From a bacterium (GTDB lineage Bacteria > CLD3 > SB21): 64,000 nucleotides of DNA. The notes under the pieces were generated by a model that was not told the origin of the DNA, made no database searches, and worked only from the letters and a program-made list of their open reading frames with translations. The stretch spans positions 1 to 64,000 of the forward strand of contig JABWCP010000009.1 in the NCBI GenBank assembly GCA_013360215.1, given 5' to 3'. Position 1 is the stretch's first letter, and every line of letters begins with the position of its first letter. A program made the translations under genes and the position numbers. Shown one piece after another: positions 48,465 through 58,746 of this stretch.

Positions 48465-49401
48465 TTTTTTTCCCAGATTTATCGAAGAGGTGAAAGCCCC
48501 ACCGATCAAATGCCAAGGTATCAAAACAAAATTAATTGCTTTCATCGCACAAAATATCCAATGGAATGGCAACGGACGATGGATCGAACCGTTTCTTGGA
48601 TCGGGAGCGGTATTATTTAATCTCAAGCCTAACCGTGCTCTGGTATCAGATACTAATAAACACATTATACAGTTTTACAATGATCTGAAATCCGGCAAAC
48701 TTGATGAAAAAATCGTGCGCGATTATTTGTCGGAAAACGGTGCAATTCTTTCCAAACAAGGGGGTGATTTTTTCTATGAACTGCGTAATCGGTTCAACGA
48801 AAGCGGTGGTAGCCTTGAATTTCTTTTTTTAAATCGCTCTTGCTTCAATGGATTGATGAGATTCAATTCTGACGGACGTTACAATGTTCCGTTTGGCCAT
48901 AAGCCGCAACGATTTAGCAAGGCGTATATAACTAAAATAACTAACCAAGTTGCCTGGGTGCGTAATCTTATTCGTAACAAGGATTGGGAGTTTGTTACCT
49001 CGGACTATACCTATGCATTACAGTCTACCACTCTAGAGGATTTCATATATCTTGATCCGCCCTATATAGGACGACACGCCGACTATTACAATACATGGTC
49101 TGAAAACAATGCCGTACAAATGGCGGAGCTTATCAAAAGAACGAATGGCGGATATGCAATTTCGATGTGGTATGAAAATCGATATAGAAAAAATAATTAT
49201 ATCAATACGTTTTGGAAAGATGAAATCATTGAATTATTCAATCATTTCTACCACATCGGTTCCTCCGAAGATTTGAGGAATGAAATGGTTGAAGCACTAA
49301 TAATCAAACGTGGTTATTCTGCAGTCAATAAACCATTAAAGCGAATGGAAATAGAACTCAATTTTGATCTTTCACCACTTCCTGTAATAGCACAAGCTTA
49401 G
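48457..49401 (+). CDS. Dam-family (D12) N6-adenine DNA methyltransferase, M.EcoRV-like
   Basis: PPIKCQGIKTKL, WIEPFLGSG, NRSCFNGLMRFN, YLDPPY; overlaps REase stop by 8 nt. Confidence 0.93.
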   Translation: MNNFFPRFIEEVKAPPIKCQGIKTKLIAFIAQNIQWNGNGRWIEPFLGSGAVLFNLKPNRALVSDTNKHIIQFYNDLKSGKLDEKIVRDYLSENGAILSKQGGDFFYELRNRFNESGGSLEFLFLNRSCFNGLMRFNSDGRYNVPFGHKPQRFSKAYITKITNQVAWVRNLIRNKDWEFVTSDYTYALQSTTLEDFIYLDPPYIGRHADYYNTWSENNAVQMAELIKRTNGGYAISMWYENRYRKNNYINTFWKDEIIELFNHFYHIGSSEDLRNEMVEALIIKRGYSAVNKPLKRMEIELNFDLSPLPVIAQA

Positions 49402-49419
49402 TATTTGAAATAGAAACAG

Positions 49420-50238
49420 CTAATCCATTTTCCTATCTCTTTTCAAACTTTCAGATAAAGTCGTTGAAATCCACACGGACAATGGTTCAGCCCGTTCCAT
49501 TTCCGGAGGACGACCGCCGGAACGGCTGCCTCCCGGTCGGCCACCACCACGCGGCCCGCCCAGCCCACCTTCACCCATCGGCGGCATACCGCGCCCGCGT
49601 TCCATCTTGCCTGTTTCTAATCCGATGCCGAGGTTCTTTCCCGGCCTTGTATTAATCGCACAGACATTGCGCGGATCATTTTGCAACGGTATTCGCAATT
49701 CGTAAAACATGCCATTCGGATTGTGCGTCAGGCGCACTTGCAGTGTAGTTGATTCTTTGGTGCCGATGCGTTGTTTATCATATTTGCCGGGACCGATGAT
49801 CTCCACCTCTTCGAGCAATCTATCGGACATCTTTTCCAAAGGATTATCCCTCTTTGTATCGCGCTCACCGGGCATGCCCATCATGATCATCGGAGGAATA
49901 CCAAGATCGGACAAGCCTATCGGAAAATGAATTCCAAAGCGCTTATTTTTTCCTCCCGTCGAATCCAACCATACCGTAAGTCCTGCGGTCATCCATTGCA
50001 TGGCCATACCGCGGTTAAGCGGTGACAATGCCAAATAAAGATAGTCATCGTCGTTGCGAATACCTATCGCAACACCGGTTTTTTCGATGATCTGCATCTG
50101 ACCTTCCCAATCATCGTCATGACCATTGATTAATATATTCTGAGTTACGCGTTGACTTTGAACAGTAACGCGCGAGGCGCAGCCGGATATGAGAACCCAT
50201 ACCGACAACATCAAAAGAGAAAATTTAATCAAGCTCAT
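49420..50238 (-). CDS. Hypothetical lipoprotein with Gly/Pro/Arg-rich tail
   Basis: Lipobox ISGC; NG..DDW, IRNDDDYLYL, GLTVWLD, YELRIPL; GAGG SD before ATG 50238. Confidence 0.75.
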   Translation of the reverse strand: MSLIKFSLLMLSVWVLISGCASRVTVQSQRVTQNILINGHDDDWEGQMQIIEKTGVAIGIRNDDDYLYLALSPLNRGMAMQWMTAGLTVWLDSTGGKNKRFGIHFPIGLSDLGIPPMIMMGMPGERDTKRDNPLEKMSDRLLEEVEIIGPGKYDKQRIGTKESTTLQVRLTHNPNGMFYELRIPLQNDPRNVCAINTRPGKNLGIGLETGKMERGRGMPPMGEGGLGGPRGGGRPGGSRSGGRPPEMERAEPLSVWISTTLSESLKRDRKMD

Positions 50239-50304
50239 GATCCTCAATCTATTCAATAAGGTAAATTTGCCTTTTAGACGCGATAGTTCCAAAAAAGTTA
50301 AAAC

Positions 50305-50335
50305 AAAAAAAGGCTGTGATCAACACAGCCTTTTT
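50305..50335. terminator. Intrinsic terminator after the ABC exporter operon
   Basis: AAAAAGGCTGTG-ATCAA-CACAGCCTTTTT with A/T runs on both sides. Confidence 0.85.
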
Positions 50336-50359
50336 CTCTGATTATTTTCAAAAATTCGA

Positions 50360-51610
50360 TTATTCAAACCGCAACGATTCGATCGGATCCAGTTTGGATG
50401 CTTTGGAGGCCGGCCAAATACCGAAAGCGATACCGATTCCGCTACAGAATACGAGCCCTATAATGGCCCAATCAAGCGGCAGTTTTACAGGTACGCTCAT
50501 CAGAATGCTTACGATATTTCCGATAGCCATACCAACCATAATACCTATTGCTCCGCCGATTTCACACAGTACGATCGCTTCGATCAAAAACTGCTGCATG
50601 ATGTCTTTACGTTTGGCACCGATAGCTTTACGAATACCGATTTCTTTGGTACGCTCCGTCACCGAAACGAGCATGATATTCATAATACCGATACCCGCAA
50701 CGATCAAAGCGATACCGCCCATTACGATGGCTACCAGTTTGATGATCACCGTCATTTCGCCGAACGCACGGATCATCGTATCATTGGAATACATATCAAA
50801 GTCATCTTCGTCGAGCGGTTTTACGCCCCGCACTTGCCGAAGCAATCCGCGCACTTCTTCCATCACGTTTTCGACATTCGCACCCGCACGCGCTTTGACG
50901 GTAATATTCACCGAACGCGGCATGCCTTGATTGTCTTTCAGACCAAACTGATCCACAAAAGCTGAAATAGGAATACAAGCGCTGTTATCGCCGGACCCGG
51001 AAGCTGAAGCGCCCATTTCTTCATATATACCGATCACCGTATACTTATGACCGTTGATTTTGACAATCTGATCTATTGGATCTTTGAAAGGAAAAAGCTT
51101 TTTTGCAATCGTCGTACCGATCACGATCACGTTACGACCGACTTTGACATCTTCTTCGGAAATAAAACGACCGACACCCACCAACTGGTTATTATTGATC
51201 TGAAATTCCGGTGTACCACCGGCTAAAGATACATTAGGATTAGTTTTTTCCTCTTCGTGCTGCAACACGGAACCTTGTTCCCAAAGCTCAGCCCCGACGA
51301 GCTCTGCATCACGAATACGCTCGCGTATAGCATTGGCCTGTTCGATGGTAAGCGGCTTGCGTTGCCTGATTTTTCGCCAGTTTTGCCCGGGTCCGCCGAT
51401 CGCCGGCCATTTCTGGACCTGAAAAGTGCCCGAGCCCAATTGGCTCATATCGGCTTCCATTTTACCTTGTATCACAGCGATGCCCGTCATAACTGCAATG
51501 ATAGATGCTACGCCGGCGACAACACCGACCAACGTCAAAAAGGAACGAAGTTTATTGGCAAATACCGCATTAAGCGCCATCTTCAGATTTTCACGCATAT
51601 CAATTTTCAT
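50360..51610 (-). CDS. MacB/FtsX-family ABC transporter permease
   Basis: NKLRSFLTL.G, GIMNIMLVSVTERTKEIGIRKAIGA, PASKASKLDPIESLR. Confidence 0.93.
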   Translation of the reverse strand: MKIDMRENLKMALNAVFANKLRSFLTLVGVVAGVASIIAVMTGIAVIQGKMEADMSQLGSGTFQVQKWPAIGGPGQNWRKIRQRKPLTIEQANAIRERIRDAELVGAELWEQGSVLQHEEEKTNPNVSLAGGTPEFQINNNQLVGVGRFISEEDVKVGRNVIVIGTTIAKKLFPFKDPIDQIVKINGHKYTVIGIYEEMGASASGSGDNSACIPISAFVDQFGLKDNQGMPRSVNITVKARAGANVENVMEEVRGLLRQVRGVKPLDEDDFDMYSNDTMIRAFGEMTVIIKLVAIVMGGIALIVAGIGIMNIMLVSVTERTKEIGIRKAIGAKRKDIMQQFLIEAIVLCEIGGAIGIMVGMAIGNIVSILMSVPVKLPLDWAIIGLVFCSGIGIAFGIWPASKASKLDPIESLRFE

Positions 51611-51642
51611 AGCGACCTCTGTTCCTGAAATTCATTCCTTTT

Positions 51643-52881
51643 TTATTCGTAACGCAACGCATCAATCGGATCCAGTTTCGAAGCTTTGAGCGCCGGCAGA
51701 AGCCCTGAAATAATGCCTACCATGATCGCCATCACCACAGCCACAATCACAATACCGAGAGACAACGACGCGGCAAAAAAAGTATCAATCACGACACTGA
51801 GCAGGTACGACAATACAAGCGCAATCGCACAGCCGATCAAACAAATCATGGCGGCCTCAAATAAGAACTGGATCAATATCGTGCGTCGTTTGGCGCCAAT
51901 GGCTTTGCGAATGCCGATTTCTTTGGTTCGTTCGGTCACCGATACAAACATAATATTCATCACGCCGATACCTCCGACAAACAGCGAAATACCCGTGATC
52001 AAAATACCGACCAAACCCACAACGCCCATGATGCTGTCATAGATTTTCAAAAAACTATCCTGACGATTGACGGAAAAATTATCATCGCGCGACGGTGATA
52101 GCTTACGAATTTTGCGCATCGCACCGATGATTTCATCCTGCGTTTCATCTAATTTACTGACGGACTGCACTTTGACAGCGAGACTCAAACCACGCGAGCG
52201 ACCGAACGATTTCATAAACGTCGTAATCGGTATGGCCACTTGGTTATCAAAATTAGGGCCGCCAAAATTACCCAGGAGTTTTCCTTGTTTTTCCAATACG
52301 CCGACAATACGGAAATTGTACGCACCGACGCGTATGCGACGTCCGATGGGATCTACATTCTCAAAGAGTTGCTTTTTCACTTCGGCACCGATCACGCATA
52401 CGTACTTGGAATTTTGTACATCAATCGCGCCGATATAACGACCGAATTCAGGTGTAGTGGACGAAGTAAGTAATTCTTTATCCGTTGTCCCCTTGATAAA
52501 AATATCATCGAGCGTCTTGGATTCATATTTGACGGGACGCATTGTACCCACCGTCGGATTAATCGCCACGACTTTGTCGCCAAGTGATTTTTCCAAGCGT
52601 TCGGCTTCTTCGAGATTGATTTGCGGACGATTGCGATATTTCCACCAGTCATCCATCTGTATCCACGGCTGACGCGTAACATACAGCACGTCATTTCCTA
52701 AAACGGATAATTGCGATTGAAACGATGTTTTCATTCCGTTCATCACGGTCATCGTCGTCGAAACGGCCGTAATACCGATCACTATGCCGAGCGTGGTCAA
52801 AAAGCCGCGGGCTTTATTGGCACGTATAGCCGTCATGGCGATACGGAAAGCCTCGAGTGTTTCGTATATAAATCGTTTCAT
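51643..52881 (-). CDS. MacB/FtsX-family ABC transporter permease
   Basis: GGIGVMNIMFVSVTERTKEIGIRKAIGA, LDPIDALRYE. Confidence 0.93.
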   Translation of the reverse strand: MKRFIYETLEAFRIAMTAIRANKARGFLTTLGIVIGITAVSTTMTVMNGMKTSFQSQLSVLGNDVLYVTRQPWIQMDDWWKYRNRPQINLEEAERLEKSLGDKVVAINPTVGTMRPVKYESKTLDDIFIKGTTDKELLTSSTTPEFGRYIGAIDVQNSKYVCVIGAEVKKQLFENVDPIGRRIRVGAYNFRIVGVLEKQGKLLGNFGGPNFDNQVAIPITTFMKSFGRSRGLSLAVKVQSVSKLDETQDEIIGAMRKIRKLSPSRDDNFSVNRQDSFLKIYDSIMGVVGLVGILITGISLFVGGIGVMNIMFVSVTERTKEIGIRKAIGAKRRTILIQFLFEAAMICLIGCAIALVLSYLLSVVIDTFFAASLSLGIVIVAVVMAIMVGIISGLLPALKASKLDPIDALRYE

Positions 52882-52896
52882 AATAATTCTCGAAGG

Positions 52897-53622
52897 TTAT
52901 TGGGCTTCCGCTTCCACAAGTACTTTTTTGAAAACCTTGCGGCCCGTGATCGCTTCATCGGTTTCGACAACACCGTCTTTAAGACGGACGACGCGATGCG
53001 CATGGGATGCGATATCCTCTTCGTGGGTGACCAAAATGATCGTATTGCCGGCTTTGTGAAGCTGCTCAAACACTTGCATGATTTCTTCGCCGGTTTTGGA
53101 ATCCAAATTACCCGTCGGTTCGTCCGCAAGTATGATCGAAGGATTATTGACCAATGCACGTGCGATAGCAACGCGTTGGCGTTGACCACCGGAAAGTTCG
53201 TTGGGTTTATGTTTCATACGCGCACCGAGCCCTACTTTTTCGATGGCTTCGATCGTCAAACGCTTGCGTTCCGCCGGCGCATGGCCCGCATAGATCATCG
53301 GCAATTCTACATTGTGAAACACATCCGAACGCGGTATGAGATTAAAATTTTGGAATACAAATCCGATTTTGCGATTACGAATCTCCGCCAGCTGATCATC
53401 ATTCATCTGCGCGACATCTTGCCCTTCGAAAAGATACTCACCGCTGGTCGGTGTATCCAAACAACCGATAACATTCATCATGGTGGATTTACCGGAACCC
53501 GAAGGTCCCATGAGCGCGATATAATCGTTTTTTTTGATTTGCAGCGACACGCCACGCAGTGCATGCACTTCTTCGGTTCCGATTTGGTAACGCTTGGTAA
53601 TATTACGTATATCAATCAACAT
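52897..53622 (-). CDS. ABC transporter ATP-binding protein (MacB/LolD-type)
   Basis: [29 protein letters not shown]. Confidence 0.95.
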   Translation of the reverse strand: MLIDIRNITKRYQIGTEEVHALRGVSLQIKKNDYIALMGPSGSGKSTMMNVIGCLDTPTSGEYLFEGQDVAQMNDDQLAEIRNRKIGFVFQNFNLIPRSDVFHNVELPMIYAGHAPAERKRLTIEAIEKVGLGARMKHKPNELSGGQRQRVAIARALVNNPSIILADEPTGNLDSKTGEEIMQVFEQLHKAGNTIILVTHEEDIASHAHRVVRLKDGVVETDEAITGRKVFKKVLVEAEAQ

Positions 53623-53652
53623 ATTGTTTTCCTCAAAAGCGTCCGATGTATA

Positions 53653-54948
53653 TTAATTATCGCGTGCTTCTTTGTTATCGTCTTTATTCGGCTTCTTTTC
53701 GTTATCCACTTTGACTTTGGAACCGTTCTCCAAAATCTTACTGATCGCGCGGAAGTTTCCGACGACGACTTCATCGTTTTCTTTGATACCGTCAAGAATT
53801 TCGATATGCGATTCGCTCTGAATGCCCGTCTTAACCGGACGCGCTACGGCCATACCGTTTTCGATGACAAATACGATTTCTACCACACCGTCTTTATTGG
53901 GCACGAACTGCGTATTGGTATCGCTGGCCATAGCCGCACCTTCTTTTTCGACGCCTTCTTTACGTTTGAGGCGCTCGGGTTCGCGTACCGTGACGCATTG
54001 GATCGGTACTTTCAACGTATTACCGCGTACATCCGTCGTAATATCCGATGTCGTAGACATACCGGGGCGCAGCATCAGAGGCGTATCGTCCAACGCGATC
54101 TTCACTTCAAATTCGGTTTTTTCTTCCGATGTGCCGGTCGCTTTTACGGTTGCGGAGTTCGCGATTTCCGTCACACGTCCGCGCAGTTTTTGTTCGGTCA
54201 AGGCATCCACTTCGATCACGGCCGTATCGCCGATTTCAACGGCCACGACATCATTTTCATCCACATTGACGCGTGCTTCCATTTCATTGAGATTGGCAAC
54301 GATCATGATCACATCTTGCGAAAATTGCGAGCCGAGTGCAATTTCACCGACTTTTTTATTGAGTTTGCTGATCGTACCATCGATGGGTGCATAAATCGTC
54401 GTTTTGCTGAGATTATCCGCTGCTTGTTGCGCGCTGGCTTCGGCTGCCTGTACCTGGCTCTCGGCCGATTCGACCGAAGCGCGGGTAGTCGAAAGTGTTG
54501 TTTGTGCCACTTCCAATTCTGAAGCCGAGGCTAATTGTTTGGCGGTTAAATCTTTGACGCGTGCAAAATCCTGCTGCGCTTTTTCATAATTGGCATTGGC
54601 TGTTGCCACTTGCGACTTGGCCCTCAGAAGTTCGGCTTTGGCCTGATCCAGTTGCGCATCGTAAAACGTACGATCTAATGACACGAGCACTTGGCCGCGT
54701 TTCACTTTATCGCCTTCTTTTACGGTAAGTTGTAATATTTTAGCGCTGACATTGGAGCTGATCTTGATATCCGTGACCGGTTGGATTTTACCGGAGGCAC
54801 TGACGGTTTTGATCACATCGCCGCGTTTGACTTTTTCAGTCTGCACTTCGACCGCATCTTCTTTTTTACCGCGAATGTTGAGAACGATCACTACCGTAAG
54901 CACCAGCGTTAAACCGACGCCGATCAAAATTTTGTTACGTTTAGACAT
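53653..54948 (-). CDS. Periplasmic adaptor (MacA-like membrane fusion protein)
   Basis: N-terminal anchor, ASGKIQP, VKEGDKVKRGQVL, coiled coil, IYAPIDGTI, LRPGMS. Confidence 0.93.
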   Translation of the reverse strand: MSKRNKILIGVGLTLVLTVVIVLNIRGKKEDAVEVQTEKVKRGDVIKTVSASGKIQPVTDIKISSNVSAKILQLTVKEGDKVKRGQVLVSLDRTFYDAQLDQAKAELLRAKSQVATANANYEKAQQDFARVKDLTAKQLASASELEVAQTTLSTTRASVESAESQVQAAEASAQQAADNLSKTTIYAPIDGTISKLNKKVGEIALGSQFSQDVIMIVANLNEMEARVNVDENDVVAVEIGDTAVIEVDALTEQKLRGRVTEIANSATVKATGTSEEKTEFEVKIALDDTPLMLRPGMSTTSDITTDVRGNTLKVPIQCVTVREPERLKRKEGVEKEGAAMASDTNTQFVPNKDGVVEIVFVIENGMAVARPVKTGIQSESHIEILDGIKENDEVVVGNFRAISKILENGSKVKVDNEKKPNKDDNKEARDN

Positions 54949-54983
54949 AGCTCTATCTCCTAAAAAGGGTTTCTCAAAATTAC

Positions 54984-56303
54984 TTATTGAACATCCAGTG
55001 TGCCAACGGCCAGCAAGTACTGTTGTTTGGCATACACAAAGTCATACGCAGCTTGCGTATAGTTGGCTTCGGCCGCCGCATAACTGGCATTGGCTGTAAT
55101 CTGATCCAAAATCGTGCCCGCCCCGAGATTGTATTTTTCTGTAGCCAAACGAAGATCTTCTTTGGCCGCTTTGACGTTTTCCTCGGATAGTTTCATGTTA
55201 TCGTAGGCGGTCTGCATATTGAGCAGAGCGATTTTCACGTCCAAAGCAACTTTACGTTTGGTGCTCTCAGCATTACTGCGCGCTGTCTGCAACGATTGAT
55301 CTTGTTGAATCACACGGCTGTTGGTTTCAAACCCACTAAAAATGGGTATGGAAACGCTCAAACCTATTGAGGTGTTATCGTTATTACTGTAATTTGCAAA
55401 TTTTAAATTCTTATCACCCCATTGATACGACGCAAAAGCATTGACCGTAGGATAAAAACCGCTTCGTGCAATACTTACGGTGCGACGCGCACTTTGGACA
55501 CGACTTTCGGAGGCTAAATAATCCTTGCGATTTTGAAGCGCTTGTCCATACGCTTCATCGAAATTCATCTGATTCACGTCAAGACTTGAGGCAATAATTA
55601 GCTCTTTTAACTCGAGATCGGAATTGACATCAATACCGATCAGACTAGCCAATGAAGCTTTGGAAGTCTTGAGGTTATTTTTGGATTTGCTGACAGATAG
55701 CTTATCCGAGCCGACCTGCACACGTTGTTTGTACACATCGCTCAAAATCTGCGCGCCTAATTTATTGCGCTCTTCAAGACGCTTGAGTTGTTCTTCGCTA
55801 CGCTTGAGATTTTCTTCATTGATGCGAAGCAATTGCTGATTTTTAAGAACATTGATATACGCTTCATATACATCCAACGTCACGCTTTGACGCGTTCGTT
55901 CAAAATTGTATCGTGCCGCCGATTCGTCCAGACGTGCTTGTGATGCTTCTGTCCAATTACGAAAACCATCAAACAAAACGTAATTGGCTGTTAACGAGTA
56001 ACTATAGCTATTGAATGCACTGCCAGTCGTGGTATCTCGATTCGTCATGGGGCTTGTACCTGAAAGTGTATTCATCATTGTGCGACTCGCGCGCATTGAC
56101 GCATCAACCGTCGGTAAAATTTTTCCTACAGTTTTAGGCAATACGTTAGCGGATGCGGAATTGTAGTCGTTTTGTGCGGAAATGACCTGTACGTTGTTTT
56201 TCATCGCGATGGTCAACGCTTCTTCAATTGTGAGCGCTTGTTTTTGCTGCGCCGTAAGATTGGCGGCTAAGGCGATCCAAACAATGGTCAATAAATGTTT
56301 CAT
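54984..56303 (-). CDS. TolC-family outer membrane efflux protein
   Basis: LTIEEAL, LPTV, YVLFDG, FYPTV, SIPIFSG, KYNLG; AGGAG SD before ATG 56303. Confidence 0.92.
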   Translation of the reverse strand: MKHLLTIVWIALAANLTAQQKQALTIEEALTIAMKNNVQVISAQNDYNSASANVLPKTVGKILPTVDASMRASRTMMNTLSGTSPMTNRDTTTGSAFNSYSYSLTANYVLFDGFRNWTEASQARLDESAARYNFERTRQSVTLDVYEAYINVLKNQQLLRINEENLKRSEEQLKRLEERNKLGAQILSDVYKQRVQVGSDKLSVSKSKNNLKTSKASLASLIGIDVNSDLELKELIIASSLDVNQMNFDEAYGQALQNRKDYLASESRVQSARRTVSIARSGFYPTVNAFASYQWGDKNLKFANYSNNDNTSIGLSVSIPIFSGFETNSRVIQQDQSLQTARSNAESTKRKVALDVKIALLNMQTAYDNMKLSEENVKAAKEDLRLATEKYNLGAGTILDQITANASYAAAEANYTQAAYDFVYAKQQYLLAVGTLDVQ

Positions 56304-56464
56304 GTCTCCTATTCTCCTCAAAATTCGGTAATTCATACAAACAATCGAGTATTCGGCGAATTTATCAAAATGTTTCACTTTTTCCCGAAAAATTATCCTT
56401 TTTTTCGTTTAACGGTATTTCTTATACCGATTAGACTGTTTCAGACAAAAAATGTTGCACATAC

Positions 56465-56506
56465 AAAAGCCGTTTTATTATGATTCTTTATCATAAAAAA
56501 ACGGCT
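56465..56506 (-). terminator. Long hairpin / probable terminator after the Yip1 gene
   Basis: AGCCGTTTTATTATGAT / ATCATAAAAAAACGGCT, 16 of 17 pairs, 5-nt loop, short U-run on the minus strand. Confidence 0.55.
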
Positions 56507-56537
56507 ATACAAATTAGACCATAGAATTTGCTAAAAA

Positions 56538-57266
56538 TTAACCTCCGACACGCATACCCATCAGCGCCATACCCCACTGTGCCAATACCCAGACCAACCA
56601 CAAACCAAAAACCAAAATCATCGATTTTGATTTAGGCGCTTTGAACACTACAGCTATCCCTATAGACATCACGATCAACATCCATATGGTAAAGATATCA
56701 AATTTGCTCATGATCAAGTAGGTCGTCGTATGGCCGAGTTCTTCTCCGATGAGGATGCCCAGTCCGGTATCCACGCGCATGCTTTGATTGATATACATGA
56801 TCGGCAGCTTGATCAGAGCGCCCAAAAGATCCACGATCCCGGACCAGGAGAAAATAGCCAGCACTTGCGTAAAAGTAGCCGCTGACTTAAGCACAGCGCT
56901 CCCGCCCAACCTGAGTATCAACGCCGAGATAAAATATGCGATAACGATAACGACCATACCCACAGCGAAACCTACGACCCAAAATTTTTTCATCATCTCG
57001 ATAGACTGATCAATAATGCGTTGTTTGTCGCCGTCAGGTATATTTTTATTTTCCATAATGGAAATGCGCGTTTTTTCGGCGCTTTCTTTTTGGATCACAT
57101 CCTTCATCAATATACCAACTGCGATCATGGCCAGCAAAGCAAGCATCATGGGCAAACCCCATGAGGGCCGTGCAGCTATGTCGGTAAATGTCTTTTCAGG
57201 CTCGGTGATCACGCCGATTATCCGGTCCAAAGCACCTAACGGTTTAGGTTCTGTCATTGTCTCCAT
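56538..57266 (-). CDS. Yip1-family membrane protein
   Basis: GVITEPEKTF.DI..RPSW, five TM helices, FDIFTIW; AGGAG SD before ATG 57266. Confidence 0.85.
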   Translation of the reverse strand: METMTEPKPLGALDRIIGVITEPEKTFTDIAARPSWGLPMMLALLAMIAVGILMKDVIQKESAEKTRISIMENKNIPDGDKQRIIDQSIEMMKKFWVVGFAVGMVVIVIAYFISALILRLGGSAVLKSAATFTQVLAIFSWSGIVDLLGALIKLPIMYINQSMRVDTGLGILIGEELGHTTTYLIMSKFDIFTIWMLIVMSIGIAVVFKAPKSKSMILVFGLWLVWVLAQWGMALMGMRVGG

Positions 57267-57343
57267 AGTATCTCCTGATAACAAAGGGATGGTTTTTATT
57301 TACTATCGGATACGTTGCCGCAAATTACTTTTTCTTACAGGTT

Positions 57344-57718
57344 TCATTTATTTTTTGACCTTTCTTCCATAATCCCGAAGGTATTGTCTTCCGGATCCTT
57401 GAAAAAAGCCATCCAAAGATCATGATCCGGCATCGGCGCTACCAATTGAGGCTGATGAACAACAACCACACCCACGGATTTTAGACGTGCAAATTCCTCA
57501 TCAAGGCGAGATGTCTTATAATATAGAATGGGCCGGGACAGAGCGTATTCACCGGGCTCAGCAATTCCCAACATCAGGCGAACACCGCCAAGATCAAAAA
57601 AAGATAACCGGTTCGGAACAGTAAACAGATGCGTCAGGCCCACCGTGTTTTTGTAAAAATCTTCCATTACGTCCAGATGGGTCACATGCATTGCGATTTG
57701 ACCGAGCGTTTTTTTCAT
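57344..57718 (-). CDS. VOC/glyoxalase-family protein
   Basis: LGQIA, FY...GL..LF, FFDLGGVRLML, WMAFFKDPEDN. Confidence 0.9.
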   Translation of the reverse strand: MKKTLGQIAMHVTHLDVMEDFYKNTVGLTHLFTVPNRLSFFDLGGVRLMLGIAEPGEYALSRPILYYKTSRLDEEFARLKSVGVVVVHQPQLVAPMPDHDLWMAFFKDPEDNTFGIMEERSKNK

Positions 57719-57726
57719 ACAAGACT

Positions 57727-58743
57727 TTACGGTTTAAGGATAATTTTACCAAACTGTTCACTTGATTCCATACGATGAAATGCGGAACGGCATTCGGCTA
57801 AAGAAAACACTTTATCCACAGCCGGCTTCAGTCGGTATTGATCGTAGATCTTAATCATAGCTCTAAAATCATCGATAGTTCCCATCGTGGAGCCTTGTAT
57901 AGTCAGTTGTTTCCAAAAAATTTTTCGCAAATCTATGTGTTCCGGATTACCGTTAGTTGCGCCATACGTCACATAACGGCCGCCCGGTTTCATGAGATTG
58001 AGCCATTCGCCAAATGATGCGCCTCCGGTGCCATCCACGATGAGATCGGGTTCGATCCCGTCCGAAGCCATCTTTTTGAACATATCTGTTGCTTTATAGT
58101 TATAACCGGCGGATGCACCGAGCGAAAGCGCGCGTGCGATTTTTTCATCATGACCGGACGTCACGACGACCTGCGCACCGACGGTCATTGCCATTTGCAG
58201 AGCCAATGCCGCTACGCCGCCGCCGACGCCTGTGATCACGACCGTTTCACCCGCATCGGCTTTACCCTGTTTCATAAGCGCACGATACGCCGTCAAACCC
58301 GCCAACGGCAACGCCGCCGCTGCTTCATCCGAAAGATGCCCCGGCGCTTCGGCTAAATTTTCTACCGGAACCGTGACATACTCCGCAAGCGTACCCTGAT
58401 CGGGCATGCCCAAGATTTTGTAATTTTTTCCCTGTGCCCTCGGGTTGTTCCCCCAAAACAAACCGGGATGAACCACAACACGGCGGCTGACCCAAATATT
58501 ATCTTTTATGTCACCGACTTGCTCAACAGTGCCGCATGCATCGGAACCCAAAACAGCCGGAACTTGTATTTTGGCATATTTACCAAATACTATCCAGAGA
58601 TCACGATGATTCAGAGCCGCTGCATTAATTCGGATCAACGCTTCACCCGGCTTCGGCTCCGGTTTAGAGATGTCGGTATAATGCAAGTTTTCAATAGAAC
58701 CGACCGCCTGCAATACCGCCGCTTTCATGGTTTCCTGGTGCAC
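57727..58743 (-). CDS. MDR-family NAD(P)H:quinone oxidoreductase / zinc-binding dehydrogenase-like protein
   Basis: AAALNHRD, LGSDACG, GTLAEY, LTAYRAL, GVGGGVA, GSTMG, QFGKIIL. Confidence 0.9.
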   Translation of the reverse strand: MHQETMKAAVLQAVGSIENLHYTDISKPEPKPGEALIRINAAALNHRDLWIVFGKYAKIQVPAVLGSDACGTVEQVGDIKDNIWVSRRVVVHPGLFWGNNPRAQGKNYKILGMPDQGTLAEYVTVPVENLAEAPGHLSDEAAAALPLAGLTAYRALMKQGKADAGETVVITGVGGGVAALALQMAMTVGAQVVVTSGHDEKIARALSLGASAGYNYKATDMFKKMASDGIEPDLIVDGTGGASFGEWLNLMKPGGRYVTYGATNGNPEHIDLRKIFWKQLTIQGSTMGTIDDFRAMIKIYDQYRLKPAVDKVFSLAECRSAFHRMESSEQFGKIILKP

Positions 58744-58746
58744 GAT

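Noticed and set aside
52711-54522. 603-aa plus-strand ORF
   Set aside because: Antisense shadow of the well-supported ABC ATPase and adaptor genes; no recognisable motifs
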